Source: Alphaproteobacteria bacterium (GTDB lineage: Bacteria > Pseudomonadota > Alphaproteobacteria > UBA828). From it: 64,000 bases of DNA. Positions within the stretch are counted from its first letter, which is position 1. Every line of letters begins with the position of its first letter. Of this stretch, positions 50,711 to 61,419 are shown piece after piece. The position numbers were made by a program, and so were the translations under genes. A model generated the notes under the pieces. That model searched no databases. It had not been told where the DNA came from and saw only the letters and a list, made by a program, of their open reading frames with translations. The stretch spans positions 172,745-236,744 of the forward strand of contig CAXXVO010000002.1 of the NCBI GenBank assembly GCA_963422645.2, in the 5' to 3' direction.

Positions 50711-51376
50711 ATGTCCGCCAGACCGACCGCGCTAACCGAGGCGCTGCACGACTACCTGCTGGCCCACGGCGTGCGCGAGAGCGCGGTGATGCACCGCCTG
50801 CGCGAGGAGACCGCCCGCCACGAGATGGGGATGATGCAGATATCGGCCGAGCAGGGCGCGCTGATGGCGCTGCTGGTGCAGGCGACCGGAGCCAAACGTG
50901 CGCTCGAGATCGGCATCTTCACCGGCTACAGCGCCCTCGTGGTAGCAGACGCCATGGGTGCGGACGGCCGGCTCACGGCGCTCGACATCAACGCGGACTA
51001 TGCGGAGATCGCGCGGCGCTTCTGGGCCGAGGCGGGGCTTGCCGAAGGGATCGAGCTGCGCCTCGGGGACGCGCGGGAAAATCTTGCGGTGTTACGCAGA
51101 GAGGGCCTCGACGGCACTTACGATTTCGCCTTCATCGACGCCGACAAGTCAGGCTACGACGTCTACTACGAGCAGTGTCTTGCCCTTGTGCGCCCCGGCG
51201 GCCTGATTCTGATCGACAACACATTCTATATGGGCCGGATCGTGGAGCCCGAGCGCTGGCAAGAGTCAGGCGCCGTCGTCGATGCCCTGAACAAGAAGAT
51301 CAGGGGCGATGAGCGGGTGACCATCGTCATGCTGCCCATAGGTGACGGCCTCACGATCTGCCGCAAGCGAGGGTGA
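50711..51376 (+). CDS. SAM-dependent O-methyltransferase (caffeoyl-CoA OMT-like)
   Basis: LEIGIFTGYS, FIDADK, LIDN, LPIGDG. Confidence 0.92.
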   Translation: MSARPTALTEALHDYLLAHGVRESAVMHRLREETARHEMGMMQISAEQGALMALLVQATGAKRALEIGIFTGYSALVVADAMGADGRLTALDINADYAEIARRFWAEAGLAEGIELRLGDARENLAVLRREGLDGTYDFAFIDADKSGYDVYYEQCLALVRPGGLILIDNTFYMGRIVEPERWQESGAVVDALNKKIRGDERVTIVMLPIGDGLTICRKRG

Positions 51377-51552
51377 GAAAGCGGGCCGGCACCGGCGGTC
51401 GACCGCAGCATCACCCTTTGCCGCACCTCGCTTAAATGGTAACTGCCCAGGTCGTCTGATTTGTCATTTTGGGCCAGTGGATTGAGGCGTTTCTCGTTCG
51501 GAGTTGGTGGAAAGGGCTTGACGGGAATTTCGGGAAATGACTCAACAACGAC

Positions 51553-53058
51553 ATGAGCAATCCCGAGTCGCCGCGCGGCCCTTCGACGGGAGCAGCGCCC
51601 GAAACGCCCGCGCAGAAGATCGCCCGCCTGGAGGAGGAGAACGCCCGGCTTCGGGAGGAAAATGCCTGGCTTCGGCAGCAGAACGCGCGGCTGGAAGAGC
51701 AAGTCGCGCGTCTCGTCGAGCGCATCGAGGAGTTGGAGCGCCGTCTCGGCCTCAACAGCGGCAACAGCGGCAAGCCGCCTTCGAGCGATGGGCTGAGGAA
51801 GCCGAATTCGAAGCGGCGAACCCGAAGCCTGCGCGGCAAATCGGGCCGCAAGCCCGGTGGCCAGCCCGGCCACAAGGGCAAGACGCTGCGCCGCGCCGAT
51901 CACCCGGATCGGGTGAAGGATCACGTCCCGGCTTCCTGCAAGGGATGCGGTTCGCCGCTTTCGGACGCGGCCAGGGCGGGAACGCCCGTCGCCCGCCAGG
52001 TGTTCGATCTGCCCGAGCCGAGCCCCCTGGAGGTGACCGAGCACCGGGCGCATGCCAAGTGCTGCGGGCATTGCGGGACGGTGACCCGGGCGGCGTTCCC
52101 CGACGGGGTGTCGGCGCCGGTGCAGTACGGCCCGCGCATTGCCGGGGTGGCGGTCTACCTTCAGCACGCTCACTTCCTGCCGGAGGATCGGCTGTCGCAG
52201 GTGATGGCCGAGCTCTTCGGCGCGCCGGTGACGGCTGCGACGTTGGCGACGATGAGCGAGAGGGCGGCCGAGCGGCTGCGGGACGCGGCCTTGCACATAC
52301 AGGACCTGGCGGCGGGCACGGCGCGGGTGAAACACATGGACGAGACCGGCTTGCGGATCGGCGGTCAGACGCAGTGGCTTCATGTGATCTGCACGCCGCT
52401 GCTGGCGGCGTACCGGGTCAGCGGCAAGCGCGGCGCCCTGCTCTCGGGTGTCTCCGGCATCGTCGTGCACGATCACTGGAAGCCGTACTTCGCGATGGAA
52501 GGGGTGGAGCACGGCCTGTGCAACGCCCATCACCTGCGGGAGTTGCAGGCGCTGGTGGACATCGAAGGGGAGGCTTGGGCCCGGCGGATGCAGCAGCTCC
52601 TGCGCCGAGCCAATCGCGCCGCCCGCATCGCGCTGGACAAGGATATCGCCGTTCCGGCGAGGCTTGTGGCGCTGATCGAGCGCCGATACGACGAGATCAT
52701 CGCCGATGCGCTGGCCTTTCACGAGAGCCAACCACCGTTCTCGCCTGGCAAGAGGAAGAAGCGCCGGAAGCGAAGGATCGGTCACAATCCGGCCTTGAGG
52801 CTGCGCGACCACAAATGCGCGGTGCTCCGGTTCCTGATCGACCTCGAGGTCGGGTTCACGAACAACGAGGCCGAGCGCGACCTTCGGATGATGAAGCTGC
52901 GCCAGAAGATCTCCGGGGGCTTCCGGTCCGCGCAGGGGGCCGAGAACTTCGCCATCCTGCGCAGCGTCATCACCACCGCCAGAAAGCAGGGCTGGAATAT
53001 CATCGAAGCCCTGACCAGCCCATCGGATCGGCTCATCGCCACCGTCAAGTGCGCGTAA
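51553..53058 (+). CDS. IS66 TnpC transposase (full length)
   Basis: Coiled coil, GKPPSSD, Zn finger, HMDETG, TNNEAERDLR; carries HNP where the other copies have HNL. Confidence 0.92.
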   Translation: MSNPESPRGPSTGAAPETPAQKIARLEEENARLREENAWLRQQNARLEEQVARLVERIEELERRLGLNSGNSGKPPSSDGLRKPNSKRRTRSLRGKSGRKPGGQPGHKGKTLRRADHPDRVKDHVPASCKGCGSPLSDAARAGTPVARQVFDLPEPSPLEVTEHRAHAKCCGHCGTVTRAAFPDGVSAPVQYGPRIAGVAVYLQHAHFLPEDRLSQVMAELFGAPVTAATLATMSERAAERLRDAALHIQDLAAGTARVKHMDETGLRIGGQTQWLHVICTPLLAAYRVSGKRGALLSGVSGIVVHDHWKPYFAMEGVEHGLCNAHHLRELQALVDIEGEAWARRMQQLLRRANRAARIALDKDIAVPARLVALIERRYDEIIADALAFHESQPPFSPGKRKKRRKRRIGHNPALRLRDHKCAVLRFLIDLEVGFTNNEAERDLRMMKLRQKISGGFRSAQGAENFAILRSVITTARKQGWNIIEALTSPSDRLIATVKCA

Positions 53059-53100
53059 GCTCACCTGGCACGGGTTCTCCAACAGCGGAGCCATTCTCAT

Positions 53101-53310
53101 AAACGATCATGGTCGACGCCGTGCTGGACCACCCCATAGAATGAAAATCGGTGCCCGTCGCGCGGGCGGACTTCGGGCCACATCGGGGTAGCTTACCGGT
53201 CGCAGTCCGCAAGAGGGGCATCGTGAGCTGTGAAACCCGGCGACCCCAGAGGAGCACACGGGCGTCGCGTGGGTAGCGTTGTGCCGAATCCCAGAGAATT
53301 TTCACAGCAA
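53101..53310 (+). mobile_element. Transposase-less mini-IS110 embedded in IS66-A (also at 25541-25750 and 60644-60853)
   Basis: Similar to both non-coding ends of the IS110 at 40238-42007 (see findings). Confidence 0.65.
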
Positions 53311-53334
53311 GAACCTGGGCAGTTACCTTAAATG

Positions 53335-53389
53335 GTAACTGCCCAGGTCGTCTGATTTGTCATTTTGGGCCAGTGGATTGAGGCGTTTC
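53335..53389 (+). mobile_element. 55-bp IS66-A left-end stub fused to IS66-M
   Basis: Identical to 51439-51493. Confidence 0.9.
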
Positions 53390-53531
53390 GTAACTACCCA
53401 GGTACCCCAATCCTGAGTTGAGGACGGTGATTATGGCGGCGGCCGCGGCCTGGTTCTGCCACCGCGATTGGTTCTTGACCTCATAGAGTTGCGGGACTAT
53501 GGACTGCTCTCTCGCGTGACGGGAGCGGTCC

Positions 53532-54197
53532 ATGGGGTATTTCGGCTCGAAGGCGACAGCAGGTCTGTGCCAAGCGCTGATTGCGCTGATGCCGCCGCAC
53601 TCCGTCTACATCGAAAGCCACCTTGGGGGCGGGGCGCTGATGAAGCGCAAGCCGCCGGCCGTGCGTTCGATCGGCATCGACCGCGATGCGCAGGCGCTCG
53701 AGGCCTTCGTCTGCGACTACCCGGTCGATCTGGTTCACGGCTGTGCCCATGACTTCCTGGCCTCGTTCCCGTTCCTGGGCCCGGAGCTGGTTTACAGCGA
53801 TCCGCCCTATCTGCACGCGACCCGCCGCTCGGCGCAGCGCTACCGCTTCGAGTACGAGGAGGCCGGCCACGTCGCGCTTCTCGCGCTGCTCAAGGCTCTG
53901 CCCTGCCAGGTCATGATCTCGGGCCATCCGTCGGCGCTCTATGACGAGGTGCTGGCGGGATGGCGCCGGCTGGCGCTGCAGGTCACGACCCAGGGTCTGG
54001 TGCGAACCGAGGTCGTCTGGTTCAACTACGCCCCCGACCGGATGCATTGGGCCAGCCACGCAGGCCGGAACTTCACCGACCGCCAGCGCATCAAGCGCAA
54101 GGCAGCCAACTGGGGCCGGCGCTACCAGGCCTTGCCGCCGGGCGAACGCCTCGCCGTGCTCGCCGCCATGATGGCCGTCGAGGCCGAAGACACGTGA
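53532..54197 (+). CDS. Dam-like DNA adenine methyltransferase within IS66
   Basis: Protein identical to 19134-19799; DPPY. Confidence 0.82.
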   Translation: MGYFGSKATAGLCQALIALMPPHSVYIESHLGGGALMKRKPPAVRSIGIDRDAQALEAFVCDYPVDLVHGCAHDFLASFPFLGPELVYSDPPYLHATRRSAQRYRFEYEEAGHVALLALLKALPCQVMISGHPSALYDEVLAGWRRLALQVTTQGLVRTEVVWFNYAPDRMHWASHAGRNFTDRQRIKRKAANWGRRYQALPPGERLAVLAAMMAVEAEDT

Positions 54198-55732
54198 CGG
54201 TGTCGCACTGGCACGAAGACCTCGCCGCCCGTAACGAGGCCTTCTGCTGCCTGAAGGAGCTTCTCGAGCCATCATCCCTCGCAACCACTGTCGTCGTTGC
54301 CGTCCGGGAATGGGGGCAGGGGCTGCTGCGATCAGCCACCGCGCTCGCCCGGGAAAATGCCGCACTCGAGCAGGAGAACGCGGCCCTGCGCGAGCGCATC
54401 GCCGAACTCGAGCGCAGCGCGGCCCTCAACAGCACCACAAGCAGCAAGCCCCCCGCCAGCGACGGGCTCAAGAAGAAAAGCGGAGCCCAGAGGCGCACCC
54501 AAAGCCAGCGCGGAAAGTCCGGCGGGCCCAGTGGCGGCCAGCCCGGCCACAAGGGAACCACCCTCGCGCGGAGCGACAGCCCGGACCGTGTCGTCGATCA
54601 CCACCCCTCCACCTGTTCCGGCTGTGGCGTCGAGCTCTCGGACGCCGACCGGCAAGGCGCGCCCGCCTGTCGGCAGGTCTTCGACGTACCCGAGCCGCAG
54701 CCTCTCGAGGTCACCGAACACCGCGCCCATCGCTGCCTCTGCGGCGCATGCGGCACGCTGACACGAGCCGCCTTCCCGCCGGGCGTCACCGCCCCGGTCC
54801 AGTACGGCCCTCGCATCACCGCTTGGGTGAGTTACCTGCTGTACGCCCAGTTCGTGCCCGAGAAGCGTCTGGCCGAACTCATGAGCGACATCTTCGCGGT
54901 GTCCATCTCCACTGCCACGATCGCCGCCATGGGCCGGCGCACAGCGCAGCGCTTCGAGGGCTTCCTCGACCATGTCGCCGATCTGATCCGCACGCAGGCG
55001 CCGGTCAAGCACCTCGACGAGACCGGCCTGCGTATCGCCGCCCGTACCCGCTGGCTCCATGTGCTGTGCACCCCGTTGCTCACCGTCCTGCGCATCGGCG
55101 AGGGACGCGGCGATGTCGAAAAGAACCTGAAAGGCATCCTCGTCCACGACGACTTCGCCCCCTACTTCACCATCAAGGGCGTCCGCCACGGCGCCTGCAA
55201 CGCACATCACCTGCGCGAACTCCAGGCCCTGATCGACATCGAGAAGGAGGAATGGGCGGCGAGCATGCACCGCCTGCTTCAGCGCGCGCGCAGGGCCGCC
55301 CGCTTCGCCCGTGAGAAAGACCGTCAAGTCCCCGCCTCCCTGGTGGCCCGCATCTCAAGGGCATGGGACCGTATCCTCGAAGAAGCCATCGCCTTCCATG
55401 AGGCCCAACCGCCGCTCCAGATCGCAAAGCGAGGGCGAAAGAAACGCCGCATCGGCCACAACCTCGCGCGCCGCCTTCAAAAGCATAAGGAGGGCTGCCT
55501 GCGCTTCCTCACCGACCTGCGCACGCCGTTCACGAATAACGAGGCGGAGCGTGACATCCGTATGAACAAAGTGCATGAGAAGATCTCAGGCGGCTTCCGC
55601 TCCCTGCAAGGCGCCTGCAACTTCGCCGGAATGCGCAGCGTCATCGTCACCGCTCGAAAGCAAGGCTGGAACATCCTGCAAATCCTGGCGCACCCGGAAC
55701 CGATGCAGCTGATCCCTATACTGCGCTCCTGA
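54194..55732 (+). CDS. IS66 TnpC transposase
   Basis: GTGA overlap with the MTase; IS66 motifs intact. Confidence 0.9.
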   Translation: MTVSHWHEDLAARNEAFCCLKELLEPSSLATTVVVAVREWGQGLLRSATALARENAALEQENAALRERIAELERSAALNSTTSSKPPASDGLKKKSGAQRRTQSQRGKSGGPSGGQPGHKGTTLARSDSPDRVVDHHPSTCSGCGVELSDADRQGAPACRQVFDVPEPQPLEVTEHRAHRCLCGACGTLTRAAFPPGVTAPVQYGPRITAWVSYLLYAQFVPEKRLAELMSDIFAVSISTATIAAMGRRTAQRFEGFLDHVADLIRTQAPVKHLDETGLRIAARTRWLHVLCTPLLTVLRIGEGRGDVEKNLKGILVHDDFAPYFTIKGVRHGACNAHHLRELQALIDIEKEEWAASMHRLLQRARRAARFAREKDRQVPASLVARISRAWDRILEEAIAFHEAQPPLQIAKRGRKKRRIGHNLARRLQKHKEGCLRFLTDLRTPFTNNEAERDIRMNKVHEKISGGFRSLQGACNFAGMRSVIVTARKQGWNILQILAHPEPMQLIPILRS

Positions 55733-55898
55733 ACTTCTCCGGCTCATCCTGAGTATCGCTGTCCTCTCATCTTGTTCGCGACGCGGCGTTCATCATCCTC
55801 TCGCGCTCAAGAGAGTAGGCACCCCCGCGGCGTGGGGGCGTTGACGCAAAAGGAACTGGCTTGTTCCATAAGAGAGAGGGGGTACCTGGGCAGTTACC

Positions 55899-57377
55899 TT
55901 AAATGTACGCACGCAGTCGCTTGACACCGTCTGTGGAGACGCCGAGACCCTTCCGGGTGCGCCGCCACAGGATGTCCTCGGCGGTCCGGGCCCACTCGTG
56001 CTCGACCAGATACGCGACCTCCGCCTCGTAGAGCCCGGCCCCGAAGTGCTCGCCGAGGTCACCCAGGCTGCTTCGGCCGGCGAGCAGGGCATGAATCTCG
56101 GTGCCGTAGTGGCGGATGCAGTGACGGAGTAGCCGCTCCGGCATCCATGAGTAACGGGCGGCGCATTGCGCGGTGAAAGCGCCGATGTCTGCGTCGGGGA
56201 TGTCTCCACCGGGGAGAGGAGCGTCGGCCGTCCATCGCGATCCATTGATGCGGAGAGGCCCTGCCAGCATGTCCACCGCCCGCTCGGCAAGCCTGCGATG
56301 CGTCGTGAGCTTGCCGCCGTATACCGAGAGCATCGGCACCGGAGCCGGATCGAGGTGCAGCACGTAGTCGCGGGTGACCTCGCTCGCGTTCTCGGCCTGG
56401 TCGTCGAAGAGCGGACGGATGCCGGAGTACGTCCACACCACGTCGCCTGAGGTGACGGGGGTCTCGAAGTAGTCGTTGGCGGCGGCACAGATGTAGTCGA
56501 CTTCCTGGGGCGTGATCTCGACCCGACCGGGCGCGCCCTCGAACTCGACATCGGTCGTCCCCAGCAGGGTGTAGTCCTCCTCGTAGGGGATCGCGAACAG
56601 CACGCGGCCGTCGCCGGTCTGGAAGATGTAGGGATGAGCGTGGTCGAAGACCTTGCGCACCACGATGTGGCTCCCCTTGACCAGCCTGACCCTGTGCTTC
56701 GCCCCGGCGCCGCCGGCGAGCGAGCGCACTTGGCCGACCCATGGGCCGCTCGCGTTGACGACGCCCCGCGCCGTGACGGTGACGCGTTCGCCCGACTCCC
56801 GGTCGGCAAGGACCGCCGTCCAGTTCGAACCATCCGGCGCGAGCGAGACGCACGCGGTGCGGGTGCGGATCTCCGCACCCCTGGCGTGGGCGTCGCGGGC
56901 ATTCAGCACCACCAGCCGCGAATCCTGCACCCAGCAGTCCGAGTATTCGAAGGCCCGGCGATAGCGGCCCTGCAACGCGCGCCCGCTCGCGTGCCGGCCG
57001 AGGTTTATGCTCGCGCACGGCGGCAGCGGACCGCTCCTGCCGAGATGATCGTAGAGAAAGAGGCCCAACCGGATCATCCACCAGGGGCGGAGCCCGGCGT
57101 GATGCGGCAGCACGAAGCGCATCGGCCAGATGATGTGCGGGGCGTTACGCAGGAGCACCGCGCGCTCGCGCAGGGACTGGCGCACGAGTCTAAAGTCGCG
57201 ATGCTCCAGGTATCGCAGCCCGCCGTGGATCAGCTTGGTGCTGGCCGACGAGGTGTGCGCGGCCAGATCGTCCTGCTCGCAGAGCAGCACGTCGAGGCCG
57301 CGCCCCGCCGCGTCCCGGGCGATGCCGGTGCCGTTGATGCCGCCGCCGATGACGAGCAGGTCGACCGTGCGCGGCAC
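55899..57377 (-). CDS. glpD: Glycerol-3-phosphate dehydrogenase
   Basis: IGGGING, TSSASTKLIHGGLRYLE, VYGGKLTTHR, DILWRRT. Confidence 0.93.
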   Translation of the reverse strand: MPRTVDLLVIGGGINGTGIARDAAGRGLDVLLCEQDDLAAHTSSASTKLIHGGLRYLEHRDFRLVRQSLRERAVLLRNAPHIIWPMRFVLPHHAGLRPWWMIRLGLFLYDHLGRSGPLPPCASINLGRHASGRALQGRYRRAFEYSDCWVQDSRLVVLNARDAHARGAEIRTRTACVSLAPDGSNWTAVLADRESGERVTVTARGVVNASGPWVGQVRSLAGGAGAKHRVRLVKGSHIVVRKVFDHAHPYIFQTGDGRVLFAIPYEEDYTLLGTTDVEFEGAPGRVEITPQEVDYICAAANDYFETPVTSGDVVWTYSGIRPLFDDQAENASEVTRDYVLHLDPAPVPMLSVYGGKLTTHRRLAERAVDMLAGPLRINGSRWTADAPLPGGDIPDADIGAFTAQCAARYSWMPERLLRHCIRHYGTEIHALLAGRSSLGDLGEHFGAGLYEAEVAYLVEHEWARTAEDILWRRTRKGLGVSTDGVKRLRAYI

Positions 57378-57502
57378 CTAACCCCTCATACCCATCCGAA
57401 TATGGCTCATATGTGAACATATAGTGACTTGTTTGAAAATTGCCGTCGCCGCGTGCCGCGGCACTCGATCCGCCGGTTGCGCAACGGGGGCGCTTCCATA
57501 GC

Positions 57503-58978
<1,476 letters not shown>

Positions 58979-58981
58979 CGA

Positions 58982-60869
58982 GTAACTGCCCAGGTCGTCT
59001 GATTTGTCATTTTGGGCCAGTGGATTGAGGCGTTTCTCGTTCGGAGTTGGTGGAAAGGGCTTGACGGGAATTTCGGGAAATGACTCAACAACGACATGAG
59101 CAATCCCGAGTCGCCGCGCGGCCCTTCGACGGGAGCAGCGCCCGAAACGCCCGCGCAGAAGATCGCCCGCCTGGAGGAGGAGAACGCCCGGCTTCGGGAG
59201 GAAAATGCCTGGCTTCGGCAGTAGAACGCGCGGCTGGAAGAGCAAGTCGCGCGTCTCGTCGAGCGCATCGAGGAGTTGGAGCGCCGTCTCGGCCTCAACA
59301 GCGGCAACAGCGGCAAGCCGCCTTCGAGCGATGGGCTGAGGAAGCCGAATTCGAAGCGGCGAACCCGAAGCCTGCGCGGCAAATCGGGCCGCAAGCCCGG
59401 TGGCCAGCCCGGCCACAAGGGCAAGACGCTGCGCCGCGCCGATCACCCGGATCGGGTGAAGGATCACGTCCCGGCTTCCTGCAAGGGATGCGGTTCGCCG
59501 CTTTCGGACGCGGCCAGGGCGGGAACGCCCGTCGCCCGCCAGGTGTTCGATCTGCCCGAGCCGAGCCCCCTGGAGGTGACCGAGCACCGGGCGCATGCCA
59601 AGTGCTGCGGGCATTGCGGGACGGTGACCCGGGCGGCGTTCCCCGACGGGGTGTCGGCGCCGGTGCAGTACGGCCCGCGCATTGCCGGGGTGGCGGTCTA
59701 CCTTCAGCACGCTCACTTCCTGCCGGAGGATCGGCTGTCGCAGGTGATGGCCGAGCTCTTCGGCGCGCCGGTGACGGCTGCGACGTTGGCGACGATGAGC
59801 GAGAGGGCGGCCGAGCGGCTGCGGGACGCGGCCTTGCACATACAGGACCTGGCGGCGGGCACGGCGCGGGTGAAACACATGGACGAGACCGGCTTGCGGA
59901 TCGGCGGTCAGACGCAGTGGCTTCATGTGATCTGCACGCCGCTGCTGGCGGCGTACCGGGTCAGCGGCAAGCGCGGCGCCCTGCTCTCGGGTGTCTCCGG
60001 CATCGTCGTGCACGATCACTGGAAGCCGTACTTCGCGATGGAAGGGGTGGAGCACGGCCTGTGCAACGCCCATCACCTGCGGGAGTTGCAGGCGCTGGTG
60101 GACATCGAAGGGGAGGCTTGGGCCCGGCGGATGCAGCAGCTCCTGCGCCGAGCCAATCGCGCCGCCCGCATCGCGCTGGACAAGGATATCGCCGTTCCGG
60201 CGAGGCTTGTGGCGCTGATCGAGCGCCGATACGACGAGATCATCGCCGATGCGCTGGCCTTTCACGAGAGCCAACCACCGTTCTCGCCTGGCAAGAGGAA
60301 GAAGCGCCGGAAGCGAAGGATCGGTCACAATCTGGCCTTGAGGCTGCGCGACCACAAATGCGCGGTGCTCCGGTTCCTGATCGACCTCGAGGTCGGGTTC
60401 ACGAACAACGAGGCCGAGCGCGACCTTCGGATGATGAAGCTGCGCCAGAAGATCTCCGGGGGCTTCCGGTCCGCGCAGGGGGCCGAGAACTTCGCCATCC
60501 TGCGCAGCGTCATCACCACCGCCAGAAAGCAGGGCTGGAATATCATCGAAGCCCTGACCAGCCCATCGGATCGGCTCATCGCCACCGTCAAGTGCGCGTA
60601 AGCTCACCTGGCACGGGTTCTCCAACAGCGGAGCCATTCTCATAAACGATCATGGTCGACGCCGTGCTGGACCACCCCATAGAATGAAAATCGGTGCCCG
60701 TCGCGCGGGCGGACTTCGGGCCACATCGGGGTAGCTTACCGGTCGCAGTCCGCAAGAGGGGCATCGTGAGCTGTGAAACCCGGCGACCCCAGAGGAGCAC
60801 ACGGGCGTCGCGTGGGTAGCGTTGTGCCGAATCCCAGAGAATTTTCACAGCAAGAACCTGGGCAGTTAC
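58982..60869 (+). mobile_element. IS66-A complete (1888 bp)
   Basis: TIRs present; TSD ATTAACGA. Confidence 0.95.
59096..60601 (+). pseudogene. IS66 TnpC with a nonsense mutation
   Basis: CAG>TAG at 59222-59224 relative to the 51553 copy. Confidence 0.85.
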
Positions 60870-60877
60870 ATTAACGA

Positions 60878-61419
60878 TAGACAACGAGGTGATGTGGGCT
60901 AGTTTCCTGGTCCAAAAGTTCGTACGCCTTCTGGGGTGGTTTCAGCGTTGGTCCGCGAAATTCTTACCGTACTTCTCAATACGCGCGATGACGGCTGAAA
61001 AACCCAGCGCCGTGACCCCCACCAGCACAAAGATTGCCACGGCGATAATCGCAATATCGGAGCCGATCGCCGGGATGCTCACGCCGGCAACGATGAACGC
61101 CACAATGGCTACGACCAAGAAAAATACGGGCATCTACCCCATTCCCTTCGATTTCAAATCCCGCACGACATCGCGCTGGTTAATGTTATCGTGGTTTGAT
61201 GCTGTGATTGTGCCAAGATATTGGCCTAATCCTGCTTTGTATTGGTCCATTCGTTTCCATCCTTTTTGAGCCTTGCAGTGCTTATGCGAAAGATCATGCG
61301 CATTTCTTCGTCAAGTTCCACATCACCAGAGGCAATAATTGAACAGGACTCCCTAGTGAAGCCAATACAGTTGCTGTTGAAGAACGTGATGAAGTTTTGG
61401 CGGTCGCGACGGTTCATCC
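60878..61419 (-). other. AT-rich segment with short or fragmentary ORFs (one hydrophobic, 60942-61133)
   Basis: Visibly lower GC than the flanks; no recognisable motifs. Confidence 0.35.

Larger units (their letters stand above)
51439..53326 (+). mobile_element. IS66-A complete (1888 bp)
   Basis: TIRs GTAACTGCCCAGG; TSD CTTAAATG. Confidence 0.95.
53390..55897 (+). mobile_element. IS66-M variant 2, complete (2508 bp)
   Basis: 19-bp TIRs; followed by a third CTTAAATG. Confidence 0.93.
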
